Origin: Pseudogymnoascus verrucosus
Taxonomy: Eukaryota
Reading direction: 5' to 3' (one strand)
Assembly (NCBI GenBank): GCA_001662655.1
Contig: KV460228.1
Length of the DNA: 64,000 nt
Shown here piece by piece: positions 1 to 14,439 of this stretch. The notes under the pieces were generated by a model, which was not told the origin of the DNA, did no database searches, and saw only the letters and a program-made list of their open reading frames with translations. The translations under genes were made by a program, and so were the position numbers. Positions within the stretch are counted from its first letter, which is position 1; each line of letters begins with the position of its first letter.

Positions 1-1986
1 TAGAATCGATCGTGGCCTGTCCCTGTCCCTGTCCCTGTCCTTACATACTTATTACGCTAAGGGTATATATGCGTATCCCTGTCTATAGCCCCTTGAACTG
101 GGGGGTGGGGGGAAGGAAGTGTAGGGTGCTAGGGTGCAGGGTGGTAGGGGAGGGGGTTAGGGGGCTTGTCTTGTCTGCCCTGTCATGTCATGTCAAGTGC
201 AAAAACCCACATGTGTGCAGTGTAGTGTGCCGTATAGTGTGGAAGTATGGAGACTATAGTAGTCCACATTACACTTACTAGTGGTACTCCGTAGTGGAGA
301 GGACAGTAGTGCAGAAATAGAAAGAGGGATAGTAGGAGCAGGAGTAGGAGTAGTAGTAGAGTAGTAGTAGGAGTAGTAAGGGCGAGTTGTAGGGGCGAGT
401 AGTAGGGGCGAGGAGTAAGTAGTAGCCGTAGAGTAGAGTGCCACTAGTGTATGTATGGGCAGCAGTAGGGGCAGAGACTACCGACAGACAGACAGGCAGA
501 CAGACAGACAGGAATCTAGTACGGAGGTAACTAGACCACATAACCTCCGTTCTCCACAACAAACTCCAACACAAATATCCACGGAGAGGAAGTACATCTA
601 CCTCTACCACCACTACCAGCACCGCCGTCACAATTACACACACGCCGCCGCCATACTATATCACGCATCCATCGCATTCACACTTCCCCGTACTAAAAAG
701 CCCAATACTAATACTAAATGCCCCAAATACAATAGAGTAAGTACACATTTCCCAGTATATGCACTTACTCACTCCCCGACTCAAACACAACGCCCGTCGT
801 CCAGTCCTTCTCCTTCTCCCGGGTCCCAGTGGCGCTGCTATTAGTCGGCGGCGTCGGAGAGGGGACTAGCTGGAGCCAAACAAGGGGCCGATACTCGGGA
901 ATTCATGTGAGTCCGTCTGTCTTGTCTCACACGCAGGAATTCTTCAATGGAAAACGCCCGCCGCCCGCTGCCTGTCCCGTCCCAGTCCCAAGGGAGGAGT
1001 TTGAGTGCCGTGACGCCCTCGAAATCCATCGATTGATCTAGCTGGTATCCATTCACCTGATTCATAAACACACGATGTATACAATACCCCACAACCACCA
1101 CTCACTCAAAACAACCATCGATAGTCTATCATGCCCTAATAAGACCGAATGAATCCCCCTCTCCGTCATATCCACATCGATCTTCTCCCATCTCCCATCT
1201 CCCACCCCCCCCACCGCCCCGCACGCCCATCAATGATCTCAGCTACCAGCACCGCGATCCGCTCGCTCGCTCGGTGATAGACGAGCCCCATCCATCAATC
1301 TCGCCCGTCACTCACCCATCATCTCACTCACCTCCGCGGAGATCCCCGAATCTCACACTACACAAAAACTAGTCCAGCCAGCTATCTCACTACACATACA
1401 CTACGCCAACTAGCTAGCCGGTCTCACACACGAAGTGGGCTGACTTTTCCTCATAGATCGCGGGTCTAGCTCTCGCTCACTCGCTTGTCTACGCATTAAC
1501 CTTCAAGACACGGGATGGATAGCTCGTCAGCGCGAGTAAGGATCTAGCGCCGTATCGCGTGGCACACGGGTTGGGAAGAAGCGCGGATTGGGGAGGGCGG
1601 GCTGGGCTAATCTGCCTAACTAACTAGCTGAGTAGCTAAACTAGGTGCCCTACGGACGTACTACTTTGCTGTATGTGTGGTAAAGAGGCGAGCGAGGGGG
1701 GGGATTAGAGATTACGCATCTCCTGAAATAGAAGTATCCAAAACCAGACTACGCACTCTCTACTCTGCCTATTCTGGGAAGTGATACAGCGCAGTTACTT
1801 TTACTTTCCCAGATCGATCTAAGACACACACACACAGAGAGAGGAGGGAGGGCACATCACAACTTAAAGGGGTCTTAGTTCATCCGAAAACTTCGAAAGT
1901 GAGACTCACTCCGCCGCCCGACCGACTGGACGGGGTAGGCGATGGAACAACCCCGAACTCCGTTTGTTAAGGCATGAACAGTCCAG

Positions 1987-2019
1987 TCGGGCGACTCGGG
2001 CGACTCGGGCGACTCGGGG
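1987..2019. repeat. 9-bp tandem repeat (GGGCGACTC) x3
   Basis: Directly visible: tcgggcgactcgggcgactcgggcgactcgggg. Confidence 0.9.
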
Positions 2020-2475
2020 CTTGGAGGCTGCTTCCTCACAAGCGCAGGATTACCGCCGCCGCTGTTCCGTGCTTATGCTGGGGATTGGGATTGGAGATTA
2101 TAGTATGTGTTACGATATTGTGCTGTTAAGTAAGGGATTGAAGCTTAGTAGCATAGCAAAGCAGGGAATTCGGGTTTCATAACCACAGTAGCTGGGCAAT
2201 AATATCCCCATCCATCACCATTACCACCAAAGTATAGTATAGCCTCGCCAAAGTATACGTACTCCACACACCACCCACATACCACGAACAAACACGGCAC
2301 GGCAGAACAACCTCGGAACCTTCGCTTCTCCGCGCCCTAACCCAAAATCAGGGAGCGAGGGGAACGAAGTGCCAGCGCCCTAGTCTCGATCGGGGGTAGA
2401 GTCAGGAACCGGACTTTGCTGGGCTCCGAATACGGTGTGCGACATTGTGCGAGATTGTGTGAGATGAGGGTTGCG

Positions 2476-2497
2476 TGTGTGTGTGTGTGTGTGTGTG
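2476..2497. repeat. (TG)n microsatellite
   Basis: Uninterrupted TG run of about 11 units. Confidence 0.95.
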
Positions 2498-5400
2498 CCG
2501 CCGTGCCGCGCTGTGCAGGGAGTAGGAGTAATTAGTGAGTGGCCCCCGAGACGTACTGTACTTTACTGATGAGAGGATTGTGCTGTATACGCGTATTACC
2601 CCGTGCTACTCGGAGGATATCCGTGAACAAAGTTAGTAGCTACCACCCACCCCCAATGTCTCGGAGCATAGCCCGTCATCGACCTACCGCAGCTGCCGTC
2701 TCTACCATACCATCCCCATCCACAGGGTCTTCCACCTCCCACATGGACACGGCACAGTGTGGATATACCTTAGGACACCGGCCTAGCCAAGCCAAGGAAC
2801 GAGATATCATATCATATCAGCCAGGTCGGGGTCGTGGTTCTGGGTCGATGCCTCGGTGATGTTCCCAGTGCTTATTTGGGCTGGGCGTTCATTGTTGGTG
2901 AATCACCACCCTCGTTCGTTGGTTCGAGGGCGTGTGGCGATGGAGATTATTATTATGATTTGCCCCATTATCATATATTAACACCGAGAAATGTCCACCT
3001 GCCAAGGGACCAAAACCCCACCTTTCATATTCCCCAATCCCACGTTTTGCGGTTCGGTAGAGGTGTGCGAGATGATGACCAAGAGGCTTGCTAATACCAG
3101 TTTGGTGCGAGTACTGTGCCGTCGTTCGTCGGCCAGCTTATTGTATGTATGTAGCGGCCCAGCCAGTTATTAGTTATTATATTAGTTATTAGGTTACAAG
3201 TCAGTCAGGTCCAATCCAGTCCAGTCCAATACCAATACCCAATACCGATACAAACACAAATACCGTCAACGTACTGTACTGTACTACTGCACTGTAATAA
3301 GACACACCCAGCGCCCAGCGCCCGCCAAGCCCTCTCATCGCCTTAACTTCCCCCCTTGGACCTAGGCTTGCGCGGCCCAGCTTACCAAAAGGCGCGCTAT
3401 CATGCGCTGGGGGTATCCACTCTCCCCTCTCGCACTCTCTGTTACTCGCTGTCTACTCGCTGTCTCGTACGTACAGTGCAGTATGGTACGTACTTTTGAT
3501 TCTTCTAGGGTAGGTTAGGGTAGGGTAGAGGGTAGTTTTGCAGCTGCTGATCGATGCTGGCTCGCTCCCCGGATATCGTATATCGTACCGGGAGGCCGGC
3601 CGAGGAGCGTAGGTAAGTTAGGGCTTGCATACCATGCGGGGATGGTACTTTCTACGACTACTGTAAAGAGAGTGTACGTACTCTATTCCGATCCACCGTG
3701 TTACCTCATAGCAGCTTTCCCTCGAGATGCATACTCAAACACACGCATTACGGTGTAAATATACTTTTAGATTATACCGCGACAAGGAGATACGGCAAAT
3801 ATCCTCTCCTTCAAAGGTAATTCTCCTACCCTGCGAGCGGCGTTGCACACGCGCTTCGTGTGAGACCGCGAACAGGTGCAGATGCTGCACAAGCGCGGCA
3901 TATAGCACATCAAGATTATCATGCAGGAGGGAGAGAATCCTCCGACTGGCTGTGTATGTCTAAGCACCACGCTGTAGTGATGCGGTGCTGCAGTGCTGCG
4001 CTGCACTGCCTGCTGCAGGTAGCTGTTCTATTGGGAATCGCTGGGAGGAGGGAGGCTAGGTGAGATGATAAGGGGGTGAGGTTGGGAGTTGATAAGCCGC
4101 GTTGGTACTGGCATCACTACTGTGCGATTGTGAGGTCTATCTATCTGCCGCTCGTGAGCTGGGCGTAGGCAGCATCCCTTCCAGGCAGGACGGAGGCAGG
4201 GGGCGGCTGTGGTGGTTTAGAAACATCCAAAGCCTCGAACGGGCTGTATGCGGTAGGTAAGTAATCACAATGATTGATTGATGGCTACTGCTTACCCCTT
4301 CTCTCCCGTGCCTCCCTTCCCGTCCTTCCCTTCCCCTTCCCGCGTCCTTCCTTCATATCATACCTGCCGTGCTGGGGAAGTTTCATCAATAAACGTCCTG
4401 CACTGGACTGGTGATCCTGAGCCAAGAGGAATCGTCGTATCCGTAGCCAACCACCAGCTACCAGGATCAAGTACCCGAGAAATCGTGCCGCGCCGATGGT
4501 ATCGTCAGTCTGCAGGCAGACAGGATCGCACGGCGAGTGCCGGTGAGAAGTACTATCCACAGTACGATACAATCCTAGGAGGCACTATCACCGCAGCAAG
4601 GCATGGCGCCTGGAGATACACCATCTGCAGGGGGAGAGTCTGAGATGGGGAATGCTTATCGAGATAGGTATTCCACTATCTATCCAAGCAGACAGGCCTG
4701 AATGTTTCACCGCCAGCGCACTAAAAAAAGAGTTCCACATCACATCCTTCCAGATCCCATGTGGTGGTGGTGAGGATACCATGTGGCGAAGGAGGTCTTT
4801 ACTCGATACCCTCGCCGCTGTCTGTTTCACGCCATCTCCCTCCTCCAACCCACCAGCGCGGACATCCGTTTCAACACACCGTGCGCATTACATCCCCTAC
4901 TATACCATACCACCAGTATGTATAACCCACAAATACCTCCCCATGAACACCCAAACCCACCCTCCGGAGTCTAGAAGCATGCAAGAACAACCCAACTCAG
5001 CCTCGCCCAATTCCCGCAAACAGGCTATTACCAACAGCATCATCGCTGCGGTGTCGTGCCTGAGATTTGCATTTTTCATGCGTTCCAGCGAGAGGGGACG
5101 GGTCGAGTGAGGAAGGAGGGAATGGGGCGCTTGGACGGCCAATTAGGGGGGGTGGATGGGGGGGATGCAGTGATCTACCTCGCAGCGCTGGGAAGGACGC
5201 CGTTTGGCTCGCCGTTGAAAGGGGAGGGGAGAGGGAGGCGGCTGTTCGTGCGGCTTTTGTCTGTGTGTGGTGAATCTGCCACAGACAATACGGCGAGGAC
5301 GGGAGGGAGGGGATCTGTGCTCGGGATGCGGATCAATCAGATCACCTCTTTCTTTCTTCTTCGCTTTGGCTTCCCCGTATTGGGGTCCGCGGGGGTGGCT

Positions 5401-8400
5401 GTTCTCGGGATAAAAAACACTGATATGCGGGGGGGATAAACCGAATCACACCGGCTGCTTGACAGTAACTAGGCAGGTAAAGGCATAAACAGATGCCGCG
5501 TCAGACTTTCGCCGCAGCTGGACGTGCTGAGGTGTGTTGGAAGAAGACTGAAAACCTTCCATCCACCATAGCGGCTAGCCCGGAGGAGGGGTGTGGGTGA
5601 GAACTACTACCGTAAACAATGCTGTAATTTGCTTCCTGTGGGTTAGGTTGGCATAGTTGCGCTGGCTGGCATAGTTGAGTTGGGGCATTGCCATCCCGTG
5701 AACCTGCCATCCCACCGAGGTGTTAGGGGACGGACTGTAGGGGTAGGGGTAGAGGGTGATCTTCGGAAGCTGTGACGAGGTAGGGTAGGTATATACTCCT
5801 CGTGGTTCGAGGCTGTGTGTGATAAGAGCCACCACCCATACCCCGACCTCCCAACGGCGCACAAGGCCATGATAAGTGCCTATCCTCCGTGCCTCTCCAC
5901 GATAAAGGCGCATCCAGCCACCTCCCTCCCGCGCCCATCGGAGCTCTGCGCCACAACTGGATGGTGTGTGAGCGGACGCGGCACTGCTCTCGTACTAGCA
6001 CTACTCACCTCACTATATTTACCTCACTCACTACTGAATGGAGAACGGAGGGAGGATGGGAGGTGAGTAAGGCGAAACACGGCAAGCTTAGTGTGGTGTT
6101 TTAGTCCTCACCAACATCCATCCCCCGGATATAGCTCCGTATCGCATGGCAGCATGGATGAGGTGCCCTGGCTGGGTCTTGACGAGGGTTCCTGACGAGG
6201 GTCCCTGACGGTCCTGACGGGGGAGGGCTGACCCCTGGCCGGCTACACCGGGGGTTGCTGTGATGCTTACAATACCGCGCTGCATGCCCCCTATCCCCTG
6301 CCACACCCCCAGGCTCTGCAGCGCACGTTTTCGTCGAAGGGGTGGTAGTTGTGTTGGTGATGGTGGTGTGAGGGTGCAGGTCTTTCCCCAAGGTTGGACT
6401 GGGTGTGCTCAGGGGGGTTCCTGGTCTGGTTAGCTAGTGTATCTTTCTCGGTGCCGTGGTTTTCCATCAATGATCGTGAGCGGGAGTGTTGCCCGCCTGG
6501 CGATATACTTATGTGTCTCTCTCAGCCTTGTGGCGTTGGGGCTAATTTGAACCAGACTTCCCTTCGAAGCATTCAGCTCCTTCTATGGCGGTGATGGGCT
6601 GATGATTTGCAATTGTATTCCAGATCCTGATTCTAAAAGTCGCAATTCCCATTCCCATTCCCGTCCCCATCTCCTTTCTCACTCCCCCGCAATCCAATTA
6701 TCGTAGGGTGGTCCACCACACCCGCTGGGATTGTAATACCCTCCTCACGACGGGACTGGACTGGCGTTCCAACTGCCTCGTCACACACACGGTTTGTGCA
6801 TACCCAATGCATATTCTGAAATCCATGCATATAATACAGGGACAAGGCATACATAACTTCATCACGAGGTGGCTCGAGCGTTGCGCCTTCAACGCTGAAC
6901 ACCGTTCTTCCCAGTAATAGGAGCAGTAACCTCTCCAAAACGGCTCAGCGAGAGCTCAGCCAGGTCCAGCCACGACATAACCAGGACCAGGCAAGATAGG
7001 CAAGATGAAGAAGCTCAGGCACCACCTCTCTCCCCTCCTTCTCCCACCCGATCCCATCCCATCCCATTGCCCATTGCCAACAACGAGCGGGAGTACCTGG
7101 CCCCCGAATCTAGATCCCAACGGCACTCGTAATTCAGCCGGTCGGCCATCATCCCATTTAGCCACACCTTGAAACGGGACCATCGCCGCGACGGAACGGG
7201 GCGGTGAAGAAAGAAACCAAAAAAAAACACCCCTCCCCCCAACCAACACGGCATTGCCTAAACTGCGCGCAACCACACCGATTTCTCTGTACTTCCGCGT
7301 TTGAATTGCACTGTTTTGGGATGGAGTGCGTGGTGGATGGGCGATGGCTGGGCTGCGTGTCTGTCGATCGCGGACGTGCGCGCGGAGGGGCAGATCGCGA
7401 TTGTGTGATTGATTGATGGGGTGGTGGGGAGCGGGGACTAGGAGGATGAGGGGTTAGTGGTGGTGTGGTGGTGTAGTTTTTTAGGCGGTTTGGATTTCTT
7501 GATTTTTGGGGCAAAAAGTGGTGGTGGGTGAGTTTGCTGATCTGAAACGCAGGACGACCGTTGCCGCTAGGAGCGAGAGAGCTGGATGGATTAGATGGTC
7601 TTGATTGAGATCGTCGCGCGCGGGGGGCACGGATTTTTTTGGGCTTGATGTTGGGAGGGTGCATGACACATAGATTATGAGAGTGTTGTAATTTGTGGGG
7701 TATTGGGTTCCTGCGATTCCTGCTTTTTGGGCATGACGGGAGGTAATTACTTGGAATATAGCGAACTTGCGGCCGTTGTTAGAAGATGATGGGGTTTGGG
7801 CTCCTACGCCGGAATTGGGAGTACCCGTTGTTACGAGATGAGAAGTTGCAACTGGGCTGTGCTCTATTTCCAGACACTGGAACGCCGACGACGATACTAT
7901 CACGGGTTTCAGGAGACGCAACTTGCTGTGTTCGGTCGCCGCTGTGGCGATGGGAGCCTCATGATAGAGGAACAGACGTTGCGATGTGGAGCGCAAGGGC
8001 CACTTTTCGAGCGCTGGAAGCAGTGGGATCCGGGACGAGCCTTTCGAGTGTGCAATCCATGTTGCGTTGCAGTATGCAAAGAATTGCTTTTTGCAAAGTT
8101 GCGGTGAAGCTATCAGTATGTCTCCCATCCCCGTCCATTTCTGGCTCACCCCTCCAGAGGATGATGGTGCGATAGGAGATAGGAATGATCGATTCGAGCG
8201 ATGTCTCGATCGAGGACTGTCCGAATCCATACATGGCTGCGGGCCATGACAAAGTGCGGAATTAATGGCAAACAATCATCCTAGTCCCTTGTCTCTTGTA
8301 ACCCCTCCGAAACAACTAAAGGCAGAGTTATATGCACACTCTATGCACGCCGAAACGAACTAAATAGCTCTCCTGCGAACACAGGGTCCAAGTGCGATAT

Positions 8401-11400
8401 CAACCTTCGGGTAATAGCCAGCTGACCTTGCAAATGTCTGTGGGAGAATGTCTGACCTCCGGTGCAGCGTCAAAGCAGAAGTAAAACAATGTGTTCAGCT
8501 TATGCACGTCACCCTGCGGTTTTCACGGCCCTATCCTATACAGCAATCCACTTACTCCCAGTCCGCGAAGGGGAGAATGGCAAGGCCAGTAGCATGACGC
8601 GGGATGGTAAACAGATCCACGGATACGAGGGTCGAATGGATGGATATGGGGGGCGATCAACGCTTGTTTGAAAGTGACAGGACGATCCCAGTTACAGAGA
8701 GCAGAAGCTAAGCCAGCAGTATCTCCACCTCGCGGAGTACACCCCGTTTAGGGTTCAGAGATTCAACGGTTGGGGGAGGGAGAGATCTTTCATGTTTCCG
8801 GAAGTTGACCGAACGGCTATCATCCAGGAACGCCGTCATATCGTTACTCTTCAAAGCAATAGCAGCACGCTGATATGAGCTGTTTTACAACATTGAAATC
8901 TCTACGTATGAGCCCATTCTTACCATATATCAGATCCAATAAAGGCAGGAATGGAAGATCAACAGGCATATGTACCGTGCACCCGCGGCCAACTACCGTT
9001 TCCCCGCCCCCAAAACACCAATTACAGTCGTTACCAGCCCCCACCTCTCACCATCCCAACGCTGTGCTCGTAGGAGGCCCTCAATCCACATTTTCACATA
9101 TTACCCCGAAAAGAATTGTCCAGCGACAGCAGGTCTTTCCCACCCCCAACCTGCTGCAAGAACTGCTGTGGTGCAGAGGGATCAGTGCTTCATGCAGGCA
9201 CCTCCCGAGAACTTCCGTCAAACAGGAAACAACGCGGCCAGGTCTGCCCTGCCACTCAAGGTTGGAGATGATGCAGCTCAATACCGTGCCGTGAGTGCAT
9301 GCTTACCGCCCGTTGGATCCCTCCATCGCTCGTTCTCAGCGGTGAGCATCCGGGGGAACATCCCGCTCCCGCCCCCACCCTTGCGCCCGCCGCCATAGGG
9401 ATCGGGTTCGGCACCTTAGTAGAAGGTTGAGGGTGACGAATCTCTCTCTATCCGTCGGATCGGCGTAGGTGGGCCAGAGGGAGTCGTCAGCGCTTGTACC
9501 GAAATAGAACATTGGCTGAGAGATGAGAAGTGAATCCAACATTTTATGTCATGTATGCTAGGGACAGAGATGGTCCACTCGTGGGTCAGGGGGGCCCTAG
9601 GTGTCCACTACTAGAGCCTGAGGGTACAATTCAACCCCGTCAGCTCTGGACCGCACAGACAGAGGGGACGGTTATGAAATCACGGTCATTGGGTCCAGGT
9701 AAGACAACATGCGTACTCGCTGGCGTATTCGCAGTTTGGAAGACGACGTAATGAATCATCAATTACCACGCCACCGCTCCCATCTCAACCCGCGTCTCGG
9801 GTCAGCCATCCAGTTGTCGTCGAGCACAGTAATTAAACCACCGCCCAAAAAAAAACTCGGTAGTGCCATTGCCGTCCAGATCTGGCAAGACTCTAACGTA
9901 ACAGAGTGCCGCATCTGCGCCAAAAAGCCTTTCTTCGCCAGTTATCAACACTTTCAGCCTAAAAATCCCCGCAACGCGGCCCCTGGCTCACGCGATTGAT
10001 GGAGCCAGGCAGCGGAGGGCCAATCCTTTCTGGTCTAGAGGGGATATTGCCGTGCTGCCAAGCCCTATCTCCCAGGGTCCCCACCCCACTCCTCCTCCCT
10101 CTCCGCCCCGCCACGGGCCTTCTCCGGCGATGTGACGCTACACTGGATAAATCCGACTCGGGGAATCCTTTCTCCTCTCCTGACAACCCCTGGGTGGTAG
10201 TTGGCTCTAGTTGGGGGTAGTCCGACAGGGCATGTTTCCCAGCAACTCGTTTTCTAACGGGGGATTCCCTGCTCGTCAGGGGCAGGGAACGGCTACATGG
10301 CCTACTTTAGATGAATTACCCCCACCAGCCTCCTCTTTCATCGCGCGTGGGCAACGTGGATGCTGAGGCGCGGTGGGAGATTTACGTAGCACTGTTTGGT
10401 TTGCGCCGCATAACCGGACTGCTACTACGGGGGAAAGCTCCTGTGTCCGCGATAGTAAGGGTAAGATTGCTGATGCTACTAGGTGTGGAGATTTACGACG
10501 GTGCAATTAAGCCTGATCTGATGGAGGATGAGAATGGAGACGCCAATCCTCCTGAATCACTGCTCCTGAATCGATACCGTTGATCCTGCGTGAGTTGTGG
10601 CGTAAAGACGGGGTAGAGCATCTCTGCAGTTAAGACATGTCCAACGAAATCCCCTTCTTTCTCTGCAGTTTGGGGGAGGCCTGCATCCACACCATCCACG
10701 GTACACAGACACAGACATGGATCCATAGGAGCTTGATGGTGTCCCCCTGATGCCACGTTCTGCACCTGCAGATCACCCCGCCCGATCTAGCGAATGAGCA
10801 ACCCGCCGCCTCGGAAATTATCCTTGGGGACTCCCACCACTGCCAAACCGTCGAGGGTAGCATCCAATCAGCCCCGCCCTCCTGCTGTGTGTATTTGCGT
10901 GCTACATCGGGCGCTACTCTCCTCTGGCCATCGGACGAGACACCGCTAACTCCACCCTTCGAGAAGTCATGGGTTGTTGGGGCTACTGGCGTTCTAGTCC
11001 ATGTGGATGTCTCACCTGGCTTACAGTTCTACCCCCCACTTCACGACAGACTACGCTTTTCATCCACGTATCAAACGACTGTGGTTGCGAAAGGAGCGCG
11101 AAGCGTCGCGCCTCGATGCTGCTTTGGAGATGAGATGGGACGAGCTCGCGACGCTTCGTAGATTATGGAGCCCGCAGCCATCTTGGGGTGCAGTTCCCTC
11201 TCCACGGTGCAGTAGTTTGACGATCAGGAGTTGCTGGTGAGCGGGCGAGGTTCATGGGCATGTCTCATGTGGTGGTCAGCTGAAACCCAAAGGAAGGTTA
11301 GGGCTGCGTCTTGAAAATCCAGTAGGCAGAAAGTGGCGCGACGGGACAGGTATCGCAAGGGCTGGGCCTTCGCAGAGCCTGAAGCATCAGGTACGAAATT

Positions 11401-14400
11401 TGTTTGAGAGCCCTGTGCCACTATCAGAAATAGAGTGCCGATGACATAGTTGTGCCTGTTCCTCGTGGCTGCTGAAGATAACCCCACGCGCCCATTCTGC
11501 GACATCTCCCGGCATCCCTGGCGTGATGTGGCTGTTTCGGCTCCAGCCTTCTACGAAGTGCTAGGAGATTCATCACGTGTGCTGCATGAACTAGGTCCGT
11601 GAGGTTGCGATGGCATGGTGGTGTGCAGGAGCCAGCAGTTCATGGTTGCCACACATCTATCTCGATTGGGAGCTGAGGTTGCGTTGCATGTAAGGAAACG
11701 CACCTGATGCGGACGGTAGGGATCGCGTAATGAATTTTCCCCTCGTTGAACTCTCATCGACAGGGAAAAGGGACGAAAGGAGTTTGCGGGGTTAGCGATC
11801 GAGGCTGGACAAAAGAGGGGTTTGAATGAAAATTTGAAGTAGCCGAGGGTATTGGACTGAGGGGCTGGGACGATGGTCGACGAGGTTGATTTCGGCCACC
11901 CCGCGATTCTAGATGAGTTCGTGATGAGCAGCTGGTGGTGGTCTGCCTCCAAGGCAATAAATTGATGAAGGTGTGGAACCGTTCGGGACACGCGGGACAG
12001 CGAGAGGCGAAGGATAGGGCGGCTCGGTCTCGGGGCGCAGTGATGGTGAAACAGTAATGGCCTAGTAGAAGTTTTGCATTGAACGGAGGCTCTCTAGGCT
12101 GCCAATAGTTAATTTTGGCACTTGCCAAGCGCGCTTGAATGACTAGACGCAATGAGCCCCATAGTCGTCGCGGTTGTTTTGCCCGTATCTGGTGAGGGAG
12201 GCGTTAAAAGGGGTTTCTCGTTTGTGAAGCACGCAGTTCTATACGGATCTTCGGTTGGTGGTAGGTCTTTCAGGATGTTGAAGCAATTTGTGTGAGGTAA
12301 GAGCCTGTGCACGGCTTTCAGACCAGTCGGCCTCATTTCCACGTCCTACTTCCAATGATAGATGTACCTTCTCAGCCTAGATCAGGCATGAGGAAATGGG
12401 GAGCTCTGGCTGTTGTCTTGGGAATTCAAGGACATCTCCTGGAAGTTACCAGTAAGCCTTCTCCAGTGGCTGCCTCTGATATGGATGGTAGGGTAAGTTG
12501 GATTTTGCTGTTCTTCGATGTGTTGTGGCCCTGAGACAACTTTTCTCTCCCACAGGTCCATTTGAATGATTTCCTTCCTCACATCGCAATCAAGCGTCGT
12601 ATGATTCGTACTGAGAAGAGTATTGCTGGAATAGACCTTTTCTTATGTCTTCGTTATCTTGAATTTACCTCGGCAGATTCTTCGATGAAGTCAGCTTTTC
12701 CCCCTTCCCACATGCTGCCTCCTCTCACATGCTGAACAAAAAGCGTGTCTGGCAAGCATGAGCTCTTCCTCCCAGCAACAAGGCAAGCAAAATACATCTT
12801 TACTTGCTCATTACCTTTGCTTGCTCCAGTCGATGGATGTGTCCTTGATATCTCGGATGGCTCCTCTTCCGGTATGCACCTCTGGTCTTTACCCATCCTC
12901 GGTATCCAGAAAGTTCATATTGGGGGCCGAACCCCATTTCTCCTTCTTCGACACTACAATTTTGCCATGTCATACCAGTCTTTATGGCGAGCTTTTCGTA
13001 TTGCTTTCTTCTCCTTGGGCAGTTCTCACCGCTGCTTTGCCCCAAGCTCAGTGCTTCTGAGTATCCCAAGCTCTGGACAAATGATCCTGGATACACATGG
13101 ACCACGCAGTCATGAAAACGCTGGGAATGCCATGTTCAGCGAGCCTCCTGGTCCTGGGCGTATATATACCCCGCAGTATGTCGGTTTCCTGGTCACCATG
13201 TTGTGAGTCTTCCCTGAACCTGTTGTCTTTATTTTCTGTTGAATTTCCGAATCCGTTGGTCAAGTCATACTTCGGGCTGCCAGTTTTTGTCGTGTTTCGA
13301 TTCACAGCATTGTTTTATCGTCCAAGGGAAACCTAGATTTATCACCGTTGGTAAACAAGCATCAAGCATTCACAAGAGCGGAGATATTGGCCATGGAACA
13401 GCAGCGGTATGAAAACGGCTGCATGGGCTCATGAGAGGGCATTGACAACCACACCATGAACAGCAAATGGCAGGAAGCACAGTCTTATAGATTCGGCAGC
13501 CTATAGTAGATCCTCCAAGCCATCACCCTCTCCAACACCCACCTCCAAACCCCAGATCCAAGTCCAAAACAGCCTCAACTAACAGCCTCAAACCCAGCGC
13601 ACAGAGCCACTACCGACCACACACCCTCCTCTGACAAGAATAGCCACCCTCTCCCGCCGCCCCAAAACTCCGAATTACCCATATTACCAACCTTAAAAAA
13701 TCGCCTATACCCTCCCTCGCGTCGCGGCTGACACCCGCTGCACCCGGCGCATTCAGCCGCCACAGCGCCCGCCCTAGATCCCCGAGATGGATGCAGCCGC
13801 GCATTATCATATAAACAGCGGACGGGGATTCAGGATCTTGAAGTCCAACGGCGCACGGTTGGGGATGGGTAGATATCGATAAGATAGGATGGGATGAGGT
13901 GCGGATAGATTCAGCGTTTCGTCTGAGGATAACTGCCGATGCGGGTGATATCTATCTGCCACGGCCCCCATCCCTTCTTCCAACGGCGCGACAAACCTGG
14001 CATCGCCGATTACATGCAGGAGGAAGCGGTGAGCGGTGTTTGTGCATTTTTCTCAAACACAATGGCAGCATGGGATGTCCGATGTAGAGTGGATCACGCA
14101 GGTATATTATCATATTTCGTCTGACCGCCACCGGTGCACATCATAGCCATAGCCAACCCGGCCTCTGATCTCCCCGCCATTCCCATTATTACCCCATTAC
14201 CCCATTATTACCCCGCCAAATATGTTCCGATCCCTCTGTATGTTTCCACGTTTCCCCAGAAATTATGTCCTCCCAGGTCTTACGCTGCATGCTGCCATCC
14301 AATAAATATCTTCACCAACCCCAACCCTATATGCTCACCGCCTCAATGCGCCAGGGCCAACCTCGTACCTAAAACCAGGGTCGAGGGAGATAGAATTCCA

Positions 14401-14439
14401 CCACATGAGTACTTCCAAAACGCCTAGAAAAGAGAAAAG

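Noticed and set aside
3505..3536. Telomere-like TAGGG/TTAGGG tract (similar G-runs at ~100-165)
   Set aside because: Short, irregular and internal, not a (TTAGGG)n array. G-quadruplex potential is unremarkable in this G-run-rich region.
7158..8275. 264-aa and 168-aa minus-strand ORFs
   Set aside because: No domain-like content, low-complexity composition and competing overlapping ORFs; treated as chance open frames.
12100..13340. Cluster of short minus-strand ORFs that look faintly like a decayed gene
   Set aside because: Fragments fall in different frames, with no recognisable motif or consistent splice model. BLASTX would be required.
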